NCBI GenBank assembly: GCA_046484135.1
Contig: JAWOBU010000053.1
Span: 1 to 30,161 of the forward strand
Source: a bacterium
GTDB lineage: Bacteria > RBG-13-61-14 > DATKZS01
Length of the DNA stretch: 30,161 nt
Direction of reading: 5' to 3'
Shown: positions 1 through 8,665 of the stretch, piece by piece
Numbering within the stretch: position 1 is the first letter of the stretch
How the letters are laid out: every line of letters starts with the position of its first letter
Notes under the pieces: generated by a model
The model's input: the letters and a program-made list of their open reading frames with translations, nothing else
What the model was told of the DNA's origin: nothing
The model's database searches: none
Program-made: the position numbers and the translations under genes

Positions 1-335
1 AAGTCGGGCTTGCCTGCGCGCTGCGCGCAAGCAGGGATGCCGAACAGGCGTTTGGCGGCTTTGAAAACGTGAGTGGCAAGTATCTTCAGTTTGGCTTTCC
101 TCTCCAGCCACACCGCGGCAAAATAAACACAGGCGAACACCAGCATGGCAAGGTCCGGATGCTGTCGTAGCCTAAAACCCGGATGTCCAAAAGCTCATAG
201 CTCTGCTTGATAAAACGGATCGTCTCCTCAACCCGCCAGCGCGCAAGATACGCCTCCACCGCCCACAACAATACCTTGCGCGATTTGCGCATCTTCTCCG
301 TGTTCAAAAGAAGCATGGGCTCCTGGCCGAAGCCT
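1..335 (-). pseudogene. IS4-superfamily (DDE) transposase C-terminal remnant, frameshifted, running off the window edge
   Basis: Minus strand reads GFGQEPMLLLN...AYLARWRVEETIRFIKQSY (Y-x2-R-W-x2-E, YREK-like motif). After an apparent 1-bp deletion near 153 the plausible protein continues in another frame as LAMLVFACVYFAAVWLERKAKLKILATHVFKAAKRLFGIP..DF. No 5' part is visible upstream of about 335. Confidence 0.8.
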
Positions 336-604
336 TTAATCGGATGTTCTACTTGATATTCGAGTCCCTATGTACGAAGATCGCCACCCTTTATTTCTAA
401 AATGGCATAGTTGTCGGCAGGTCAAATTAATCGCTTTCAGAGTCCGTTTAAAAAAGTAAAGCAAAACAGTGAGATGATGTCCCCCCGGTTTTGGGCGCGA
501 AATTTGCAAATTTTTCAACGAGGGGCAGGAGAGGACAAGACCAAAGTTAATATGCCGGATTGATAGCGTCTTTCAAGGCAGGGTAGAAAGAAGGGGAGAT
601 ATTC

Positions 605-2506
605 ATGACTTGCTGCATTGGAATAGACCTGGGTACTTCAACCATTTGTTCCTCGATCGTCCACAAGGGCGAGCCCGTAATCATCCCGAGTCCCGACAAC
701 AGCAGAGTGGTCCCGAGCTACGTGTACTTGCGGGAGGATGGCCGCTTTCTGATTGGTGAAGCGGCCAAGGCAGAGGTCATTGCAGACCCTTATAACACGG
801 TATGGGCCACCAAGAGGTTGCTGGGCCGCAATTTTTCCGACGCTCATGTTAAGTCCTGCGTCAAGAACCTTACTTATAACATAGTGGAAGGGGATGGCGG
901 CAAGGTCATGATCCAGAGTCGGGGAAAGAAATTTACCCCCGAGTGGGTGGCCTCCCTTCTTCTCAACTTCGTTATCACCAACTCTTCCAAGTACTTGAAC
1001 ACCAAGGTCACTCACGCGGTGATCACGGTCCCCGGCACCTTCAGCAAGACCCAGCGCGAAGCCACCCAGAAGGCGGCCGAGAAGATAGGCATCAAGGTAG
1101 TCAGGCTTCTCAGCGAGCCGACTGCCGCGGCCATTTCCTGGGGGTTCCACAAGGAGGCCGGCCAGACCATCGGGGTGTTTGATCTCGGCGGCGGCACGCT
1201 GGACATCTTCATCATGAAGATCGCTGAGGGCCAGTACAAGCTTTTGTCTGCGGCCGGGGACCCGTGGCTTGGCGGAGAAGATTTCGACAACGCGCTTGTC
1301 CATCACATTGCCAAGGACATGAATAAGCGCTTCAAGATCAACATCTACTCCGACAAGATGGCCCACCAGCGCGTAAAGACCGCGGCGGAGAAGGCCAAGC
1401 TGGAGCTTTCCGAGGCCGAGGAAACCAGGATTTATGTCCCCACCATAGCTCCCGACATCAACCGGATGGCTGACGTAAACATGACGGTCACCCGTGAACA
1501 GTTTAACGGGCTGGTAGAGGGACTTGCCGACCGGGCCACGGACATTTTCCGGAAAGCATTGAAGGATGCGGACCTGGGTGTTGATGATCTCGACAACGTG
1601 ATCATGGTGGGCGGCATGACCAGGATGCCGCTGGTCCGCGAGAAGCTCTTCAAGCTCATGGGCCGGAGTCCCGACACTTCGATTAATCCGGACGAGGCCG
1701 TGGCCAGAGGAGCGGCCATCACCGCGGCAGGCATGTCCGGGCAAAAGGTGGTTCTCGAACCACCCGCATCCACCAAGCCGGGCCTCGAGTACCTCTCCGG
1801 AGACGTTGACATCGAGGCCATGTACGCTGAGGCTATCCAGTCCAAAAACGAGGAGCAAGACGAACAGCCCCTTTATGACCCCCGCCAGGGCTTCGTGGGA
1901 AGCCAACAACAACAGATGAACCAGTCGGCGCCCCCGCCCGCGAACTACGAGCAGAATTTAATGCAGCCGCTTCAAACGCCCGGGCCATATCCGCAAGCCG
2001 GCCCTCCCCAACAGGAGACACCTCCAGCGCAACCGGCTACTTCTCCTTCGCAACCCGCGGCCAAGGCCGTCTCTTCCTCGGCAAACGAAAACTCGGCCCA
2101 GGAAGAAGACGAGCTTCCACCTCTGCCGGAGGACGCCTTGTTGCCCCTGCCCGATTCGTCCGACCCGGCGGCGGATGACGAGGAGTCCCGCCCCCAGGCG
2201 AGTCATGAGCAATCTACCCACCTGAGCCTCCAGGTCGTGTCCAACACCGTTCAGGAGCTGGACGTATCCAGGATTTTCCCGGCAAACAAAGAAGACAAGT
2301 TCACCAAGGGAGGATTCGCTATCGGGGCCGGCCGGAAAGAAGGATTCCGCATAAAGTTATATCAGAACGGCGGGGACGCGGAAAACAAAACCCTTTTGGG
2401 AGAGTTCTACGTTCAAGGCGCGGCAGAAAACGGCTCCGCATCTCCCAAGCTGAAAATCGTCTTCAACGTCAATAACTCGGTGTCATTTTCCGTGGACAAG
2501 CCGTGA
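605..2506 (+). CDS. Atypical Hsp70/DnaK-family protein: ATPase domain, Pro/Gln/acidic linker, vestigial substrate-binding beta domain
   Basis: GIDLGT, TKRLLG, AVITVP, EPTAAA, VFDLGGGTLD, LGGEDFD, VGGMTRMP and NPDEAVARGAA are Hsp70 nucleotide-binding-domain motifs. A purine-rich RBS (AAGGGGAG) lies upstream. Confidence 0.9.
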   Translation: MTCCIGIDLGTSTICSSIVHKGEPVIIPSPDNSRVVPSYVYLREDGRFLIGEAAKAEVIADPYNTVWATKRLLGRNFSDAHVKSCVKNLTYNIVEGDGGKVMIQSRGKKFTPEWVASLLLNFVITNSSKYLNTKVTHAVITVPGTFSKTQREATQKAAEKIGIKVVRLLSEPTAAAISWGFHKEAGQTIGVFDLGGGTLDIFIMKIAEGQYKLLSAAGDPWLGGEDFDNALVHHIAKDMNKRFKINIYSDKMAHQRVKTAAEKAKLELSEAEETRIYVPTIAPDINRMADVNMTVTREQFNGLVEGLADRATDIFRKALKDADLGVDDLDNVIMVGGMTRMPLVREKLFKLMGRSPDTSINPDEAVARGAAITAAGMSGQKVVLEPPASTKPGLEYLSGDVDIEAMYAEAIQSKNEEQDEQPLYDPRQGFVGSQQQQMNQSAPPPANYEQNLMQPLQTPGPYPQAGPPQQETPPAQPATSPSQPAAKAVSSSANENSAQEEDELPPLPEDALLPLPDSSDPAADDEESRPQASHEQSTHLSLQVVSNTVQELDVSRIFPANKEDKFTKGGFAIGAGRKEGFRIKLYQNGGDAENKTLLGEFYVQGAAENGSASPKLKIVFNVNNSVSFSVDKP

Positions 2507-2871
2507 CTCAAACAAAACCCTTTCCCCATTCGTCCGCATAACCGGTTGTATTCATGCAATAAACCCGGTCAAAAAACATCCGAAACAATGGGCCCCGGAA
2601 ATCACCCATACACTTCCGATTGACTTATGCAGCCGGTTATGGTAGAGGATGCTTGAGAAAAAAGGGAAGGTGAAAGGTGGCATACTATCTTCCTTAGATA
2701 GTGAGAGATCTTTTGAGGTTATCTAACTGTTCCGTCTCGGAGCCCGAGTAAAAAGAAAAGAGGAAAGTTTGATGTCGGAGAAGGAAAGCATAGTCAAGGA
2801 GAGAAGCATAGTTCTTCCCTCTTTCGTTTTAGCCTGGAATAGAGTAAAATAGTAAATATAGGAGGAATGGC

Positions 2872-3753
2872 GTGCTAAAGAGGCAGAAGACAATCTTGGC
2901 GTTACTCTCGCGGGCTCAAAAGCCACTTTCGCCCATTGTATTCGTGAAGATGGTGTTTCTGTTGCGTCATGAGACCGAGTTGAAGAATGACCCTGCCTTC
3001 TATGACTTCGTGCCCTACAAGTACGGCCCTTTCTCTTTTGCCTTGTACCAAGAGCTTGCGCATCTTAGGCGCTACGGCTATGTTTCGAGCGACGAGGATC
3101 ATGTCTCGCTAGGTGAGTGCACTACGGAGCTTGTAGAAGAAAAGGTAGAAGGCCTTCCGGCATCGGTTCAACGAGCCGTGGATAATGTAGTAACGCTATA
3201 CGGAGAAATTAGCCAGTATGCTCTTCTTAAAGATGTGTACTCCAGGTTCCCTTGGTATGCAACCAAGAGTGAGTTGACTAATTTTCAGCCTAATAACTCG
3301 GCAGGTGTGATAAAGAGCAAGCCAGCAGTGTATACCGCGGGCTATGAAGGGAAATCTGTTGATGCCTTCTTCAATCAACTCTTGAAGAAGAGAATTCAGT
3401 TGATTATCGACGTGCGAGCGAATCCGGTTTCTCGGCGGTATGGTTTCTCAAAAAGGCGGTGCAGTGAGATTGCCGGACGTCTTGGACTGGAGTATCTCCA
3501 CATGCCCGATTTGGGCATATCCAGCAAGTACCGGGGCGATCTTTCCGATTTTGGTTCCTACCAACGCCTTCTGAGGAAGTACGAACAAGAGATGCTTCCG
3601 GAGCTTGAGGAAGAGATAGATGAAGTTGGCAAGCTGATGAAGCACTCAGCCGCGGTTTTGATGTGCGTGGAGAAGAATGTGCGATGCTGCCATCGGAGCC
3701 GACTGGCTGAAGCCGTATCTCGAAAGACAGGAGCGGAGGTAGTGCACATATGA
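2872..3753 (+). CDS. Fusion of an N-terminal wHTH (Panacea/DUF4065- or DarG-C-terminal-like) domain and a DUF488-family domain
   Basis: N-terminal K-x2-FL...YDFVPYKYGPFS..LYQEL..L motif. C-terminal YTAGYEG, IIDVRANPVSR..GFSK, YLHMPDLG and LMCVE...CHRS are typical of DUF488. GGAGG RBS precedes the GTG start. Confidence 0.85.
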   Translation: MLKRQKTILALLSRAQKPLSPIVFVKMVFLLRHETELKNDPAFYDFVPYKYGPFSFALYQELAHLRRYGYVSSDEDHVSLGECTTELVEEKVEGLPASVQRAVDNVVTLYGEISQYALLKDVYSRFPWYATKSELTNFQPNNSAGVIKSKPAVYTAGYEGKSVDAFFNQLLKKRIQLIIDVRANPVSRRYGFSKRRCSEIAGRLGLEYLHMPDLGISSKYRGDLSDFGSYQRLLRKYEQEMLPELEEEIDEVGKLMKHSAAVLMCVEKNVRCCHRSRLAEAVSRKTGAEVVHI

Positions 3754-4571
3754 GCATGGCTCTGGGTATGTCCACACGCTATACCCGTGGAGGCGAAAAA
3801 TGGAAGCTCAGGGTTCTGATTACGGTGAAGACCTATCCTATTCCGTCGAAGAAATACGATGAGCTGGTTTGTACCGCTGGCGTCACTAAGAGTGGAGATT
3901 TCGTTCGTTTGTATCCGATAAATTTTCGCGACCTTTCTTTTGAGAGGCAATACAAGAAGTATCAGTGGATTGAAGTGGAGGCAGAGAAACACAAGAACGA
4001 TGTGCGGAAGGAGAGCTATCGTCCTGACAGCGACTCAATCAGGCCAATTGGTGAACCCATAAGCACTCGTGATAATTGGTCAGAGCGTGCACGCTATGTG
4101 CTGAAGAAGAAAGCACGGTCAATGGAAGATCTCTACGACCAGCAGGTTCAGGATCGCACTTCGATTGGCATCTTCAAGCCCAATAAGGTACACGATCTGA
4201 TTATTTCCCCGGAGGATCCAGAGTGGCCAGACAGTTTTCTTCAAGCTCTAAAACAAAAACGCTTATTTGAATACCGCGAGAGGACTCTTGTGCCTCCTCG
4301 CAAGGTACCCTTCAAGTTTCAGTATAGTTTTGAGTGCGATGATCCCCGATGCAAAGGGCATAAGATGATGATCGGAGACTGGGAGGTCGGAGCACTATTT
4401 TGGCGCTTGGTGGACAAGGGTGCTTCCCATGAAGAGGCGGCGAAAAAAGTTCGTGAGAAGTTTTTGAATGCTCTTTGCGGGCCCGAGAAAAACACTCATT
4501 TTTATGCAGGGACTATGCTGGCACATCCCAAAACATGGATAGTAATCGGGGTATTTTATCCGAAGATTTAA
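3750..4571 (+). CDS. Conserved hypothetical protein translationally coupled to the DUF488 gene (possibly OB-fold nucleic-acid binding)
   Basis: ATGA overlap with the upstream stop. Motifs VLITVKTYPxPSKKYDELVCTAG, RLYPIxFR, YKKYQWI, DxRKESYRP, C-x4-C-x2-H, DWEVGALF and WIVIGVFYP. I recognise it as a recurrent DUF488 neighbour; function unknown. Confidence 0.8.
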   Translation: MSMALGMSTRYTRGGEKWKLRVLITVKTYPIPSKKYDELVCTAGVTKSGDFVRLYPINFRDLSFERQYKKYQWIEVEAEKHKNDVRKESYRPDSDSIRPIGEPISTRDNWSERARYVLKKKARSMEDLYDQQVQDRTSIGIFKPNKVHDLIISPEDPEWPDSFLQALKQKRLFEYRERTLVPPRKVPFKFQYSFECDDPRCKGHKMMIGDWEVGALFWRLVDKGASHEEAAKKVREKFLNALCGPEKNTHFYAGTMLAHPKTWIVIGVFYPKI

Positions 4572-4905
4572 CCGCACAAAGAGAAGCCAATTGTTGAGTC
4601 AAGTCTCTTTAAATGAGGAAGCAGAAGCGTGAGCACACATAATACTTCATCCCTGGACCGAGATGGTCAAGCTTCATTCGGATGTTGAGTCCGGGGCTTT
4701 GACCGAGGCGGTATCCTTCATCTTCTCAAAACTCGTCAACTGGCGCTTACTCAGGAAAGTACAGAGCCACTGTTCGAGATAAAGAGGAAGAGACGCACTC
4801 CCGCGTTTAGCGAATTTCTGTGCCGGACGCGGCGGACGGGGCAAGGAAGGCGCTGAGAGATCAAATAAGGGATATCGAATAACCAAACGGGATCGGATAG
4901 AATAG

Positions 4906-5561
<656 letters not shown>

Positions 5562-5779
5562 GTACAATGGCGCTTCGGACCTGGACTGATGTTGTAGGGT
5601 CCAAATTTTCAAAATAACCTTTATTCGAGACCTCCCCCCTTCCAAAACAGGTAGCTCTCCCCTGCTGTCTTCGCGCTTGCAACCTCTTTGCTTTGCCACT
5701 AGCATAAAAATAGAGGGCGTCGCCCCGGAGTATCACTATGGCCGGGTTCGGTCCCGGCGGTTTTCAGGATGATTTAATA

Positions 5780-6865
5780 ATGGCAAGAGAGTTACCTCAT
5801 AACCTGGAGGATTTCCCCACCCCGCGCAAGATTTATGAGTACCTGGACGAGTACGTGATCAGCCAGGAGCGGGCCAAGCGTACCCTCGCCATCGCCGCTT
5901 ATAACCACTACAAGCGCATCCGGCGGGAGGGCAGACAGGACGATTTTGATCTCGGGTTGTTAAATGCTGTTGACGAGGGCCCGCCGCTTCAGAAGTCCAA
6001 TGTTTTGCTGATCGGTCCGAGCGGCTGCGGCAAGACGCATCTTGCCCGCCATATTTCCAAGGCCCTTGACGTGCCTTTTGCTGTGGTTGACGCGACCGAG
6101 TACACCGAGGCCGGCTATTACGGCAAGGACGTAGAGGTCATGCTGGGCGAGCTTCTTTTTGCCGCGGACATGGACGTGGACGCCGCTCAGCAGGGGATCG
6201 TGTTCGTGGACGAGATAGACAAGATAGCGCGCCGGAACCACGGCGAGCGTACCGGCGCGGGCTCGCGGGACATCGGCGGCGAAGGGGTCCAGCAGGCGCT
6301 TTTGAAGCTTCTGGAGGGGACCACGGTTTTTGTGCCCTATAACATCACCCAGCACTGGAGCAAACACGACTTTGTTCAGATGGACACGACCAATATTCTG
6401 TTTATCTGCGCGGGGACCTTTACGGACATGAAGCGGATCAAAAGCCGGACCATCTCCGGCTTTAACCGGGAGCAGTCCCCCCAAGGGGTCCCTGCCGAAG
6501 AGCGGGTCCACTCGGAGGACCTCTTGGAGTACGGCATGATCACGGAGCTGGTCGGCCGGATACCGGTGCTGGTGGAGCTTTCCGAGCTCGAGGAGGACGA
6601 CCTGGTCAAGATCATAACCGATCCTCCGGACGCGGTGCTCCGCGAGTACAAGAAGCTTTTCGCCCTGGACGAGATTGACCTCGAGGTCTCGGAAGGCGCC
6701 CTGCGGGAATGCGCGCGGCTGGCCCGGCGCCGCAAGCTGGGCGCGCGTTCTTTGCGGACCATTTTCGAGGACCTGATGCACGATTACATGTTCGAGGCCC
6801 CTGAGCGGCAGGGCCAGAAAATCCATATCACCGAGGAATACGTTCGCCGCGTCCTTACGCCATGA
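5780..6865 (+). CDS. clpX: ClpX-like AAA+ ATPase lacking the N-terminal zinc-binding domain
   Basis: LDEYVISQERAK, KSNVLLIGPSGCGKT (Walker A), IVFVDEIDKI (Walker B), GEGVQQALLK, NILFICAGTF, GRIP and GARSLR. The start could also be 5738. This is a paralog-type protein. Confidence 0.88.
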   Translation: MARELPHNLEDFPTPRKIYEYLDEYVISQERAKRTLAIAAYNHYKRIRREGRQDDFDLGLLNAVDEGPPLQKSNVLLIGPSGCGKTHLARHISKALDVPFAVVDATEYTEAGYYGKDVEVMLGELLFAADMDVDAAQQGIVFVDEIDKIARRNHGERTGAGSRDIGGEGVQQALLKLLEGTTVFVPYNITQHWSKHDFVQMDTTNILFICAGTFTDMKRIKSRTISGFNREQSPQGVPAEERVHSEDLLEYGMITELVGRIPVLVELSELEEDDLVKIITDPPDAVLREYKKLFALDEIDLEVSEGALRECARLARRRKLGARSLRTIFEDLMHDYMFEAPERQGQKIHITEEYVRRVLTP

Positions 6866-7329
6866 TCCTTCGCGAGCTCAGCCTTGACGACGTTGAAAAA
6901 GCAACGGGCATTGACCGCCGCTGCTTTTCCGAGGCAGTGGCCTACCCGATGGAGATTTTCGAGGAGTGTATCCTGAGCTCCGTATGCGAGACAGTGGGGC
7001 TTGAAAAGGACGGCGAACTGGTTGGCTTTTTTATCGTGTTCTACTCCGGTCCCGCATCCACCCAGATTGTAACCATTGACGTTGACCCGGACCACCGCGG
7101 GCAGGGAGCCGGCAACCTCTTGATGGAAGAGCTCGAGCACCGTGCCCGCCACAAGGGCGTCCGCAGGCTCTTCCTCCAGGTCTCCGTGGACAACCTTTCT
7201 GCGCAGCGGCTTTACAAGAAGTTCAACTACCGCCTGAGACGTATCCTCCAAAACTACTACGGGCCCGGCCTGCACGCCTATCTCATGGAGAAGAAACTGG
7301 CGGAGACAGCCAGGGCTTCCGGCCTTTGA
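6862..7329 (+). CDS. RimI-like GNAT N-acetyltransferase
   Basis: IVTIDVDPDHRGQGAG (acetyl-CoA motif A), LQVSVDNLSAQRLYKK and NYYG..HAYLM. ATGA overlap with the clpX-like stop. Confidence 0.9.
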   Translation: MILRELSLDDVEKATGIDRRCFSEAVAYPMEIFEECILSSVCETVGLEKDGELVGFFIVFYSGPASTQIVTIDVDPDHRGQGAGNLLMEELEHRARHKGVRRLFLQVSVDNLSAQRLYKKFNYRLRRILQNYYGPGLHAYLMEKKLAETARASGL

Positions 7330-7437
7330 TCGAAGAGCAAAAACCTCTTGGAAAAGTCTGATTATCGAAGTGGTAGTAAAGGCTTTGGCTGGTAAAGCTT
7401 GACGAATAAACTTAATTGTGAAGATGCCCCGCCTCAC

Positions 7438-7650
7438 CTATAAGAGGTCTTTAAACTCCTGGGGGCTCAGGCCTGCGTCCCTGGCGATTGCGCCCATGGT
7501 GAAAGCGTTGATGGGGTTATTACGGGGAATGGTAAGCCGGACTACACCATCGGACATGATAACGTGTTTACCTTGTCTGATTACCCGGAACCCGATCTTT
7601 TCCAAAGCCCTGACCGCTTGCTCCGAGCTGATGCCGGGAATCCCGGGCAT
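7438..7650 (-). CDS. hicA: HicA-family mRNA interferase toxin
   Basis: 70 aa; AVRALEKIGFRVIRQGKHVIM...TIPRNNPINAFTMGAIARDAGLS with the conserved G-x-H. Confidence 0.9.
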   Translation of the reverse strand: MPGIPGISSEQAVRALEKIGFRVIRQGKHVIMSDGVVRLTIPRNNPINAFTMGAIARDAGLSPQEFKDLL

Positions 7651-7652
7651 CT

Positions 7653-7850
7653 TCAGACGCTGACCAACTCTTCGGTGACCGTGAATGTCTCGGCTTCATC
7701 CTCCTCTGCTTCCAGCCACTCCCGAATGGCAATCCTGATATTATCAAGCGCTTCTTCCCTGGTCGCGCCCTGGGAATGACATCCCCGCAAGGCCGGACAA
7801 CTCACCGCGAAACCTTCTTCACTCTCAATAATTACAATCCGGTAGTCCAT
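7653..7850 (-). CDS. hicB: Short HicB-family antitoxin with no C-terminal DNA-binding domain
   Basis: YRIVIIESEEGFAVSCPALRGCHSQGATREEALDNIRIAIREWLE. It lies 2 bp upstream of hicA (hicB-hicA order). Confidence 0.9.
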   Translation of the reverse strand: MDYRIVIIESEEGFAVSCPALRGCHSQGATREEALDNIRIAIREWLEAEEDEAETFTVTEELVSV

Positions 7851-7873
7851 CGCATTATTACCATCCTGTTATT

Positions 7874-7902
7874 ATCTTGAATGAAGAGATCAACCTTGTC
7901 AA
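7874..7902 (-). promoter_or_regulatory. Possible sigma70 promoter of hicBA
   Basis: Minus strand reads TTGACA-N17-CAAGAT about 25 bp upstream of the hicB start. The -35 is perfect and the -10 is weak. Confidence 0.4.
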
Positions 7903-8059
7903 GGTCCGTTTTCATCACAAAAAATCGAATGGAGGGCTGCGCCGGGAAAGCGGCCCCAAAAGCTCTAAAGTTCTTGCCCAGTTGCGGATCAGAAGCCAAG
8001 ACGCCGACTCAGGCCAAGCAAAGGCATGATAAGAATTACATAAGGTGTCCCGAAATATA

Positions 8060-8445
8060 AAGGGGCGGCAGAGAATAGCCAGGGGCGCAAGCCCCGGGAA
8101 ACATGGAACCCAACCACGTATGCGGCCTGAAAGGCCGCGGGAAAGGGCCTGCCTCCGGCGTCCCTTCAGGACGCGAAATAAATCCGCATCCTTTTACCAG
8201 GGGTTAGCCACCCCTGGCTAATTTACAACGCTCCGTTGGAGCGGGAAAAAGGGCAACCGGGAGCAAGCCGTCCTCACTTTGGACTGCGAAAGCTTGCTTT
8301 CGCTTTCTCTTCCGGCAAGCTTGCTTGACGGGCTTCTTCCGCTTTTCCGTCTTTGTAGCAAGTACATAACGGGCAGTGCCTGTGTCAATATTAACGGGAG
8401 CAAGCTCCCTGACAAAAAGCGGCGGCAAGCCACCGCACTCCGAAA
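8060..8445. repeat. Cluster of palindromic REP/BIME-like units in inverted pairs
   Basis: TAGCCAGGGG (8076-8085) and CCCCTGGCTA (8211-8220) flank hairpins GCGGCC-TGAAA-GGCCGC and CGTCC-CTTCA-GGACG. A second inverted pair is TTGGACTGCGAAAGCTTGCTTTCGC (~8279-8303) and AAAGCGGCGGCAAGCCACCGCACTCCGAA (~8416-8444). Confidence 0.7.
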
Positions 8446-8665
8446 GATACGGCCGATGTTCTAAAGTATGGCCTCTCACCATCTCCATAAACTTAATTGC
8501 AAAGAACTGACCCCGCCCCTCTGACCCCGCCCCTTATTATCGGGGTCCTAATGAAGGCTTTTGATGGTGGGAGGTCGCTCCCACCCCGGGCGGGGTGTTA
8601 CAAAAGGTAAGGGGAGTGTAACGTTTTTGCTGTAGATAAGGAATTGTGTCCACGAAGGAAGAGGG

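Noticed and set aside
534..547. 14-bp match GACAAGACCAAAGT shared with the IS110 leader (~24975-24988)
   Set aside because: A single 14-mer match is expected by chance in 30 kb, and the flanks do not extend convincingly.
638..1912. Long antisense or alternative-frame ORFs (also 5960-6826, 9316-10335, 22996-23850, 23823-24572, 26870-28006)
   Set aside because: They are shadows of well-supported genes on the opposite strand in GC-rich DNA and show no recognisable motifs.
2678..2694. Sigma54 promoter (TGGCAT...) here and at ~402
   Set aside because: The required GC at -12 is absent at the GG-N10 spacing.
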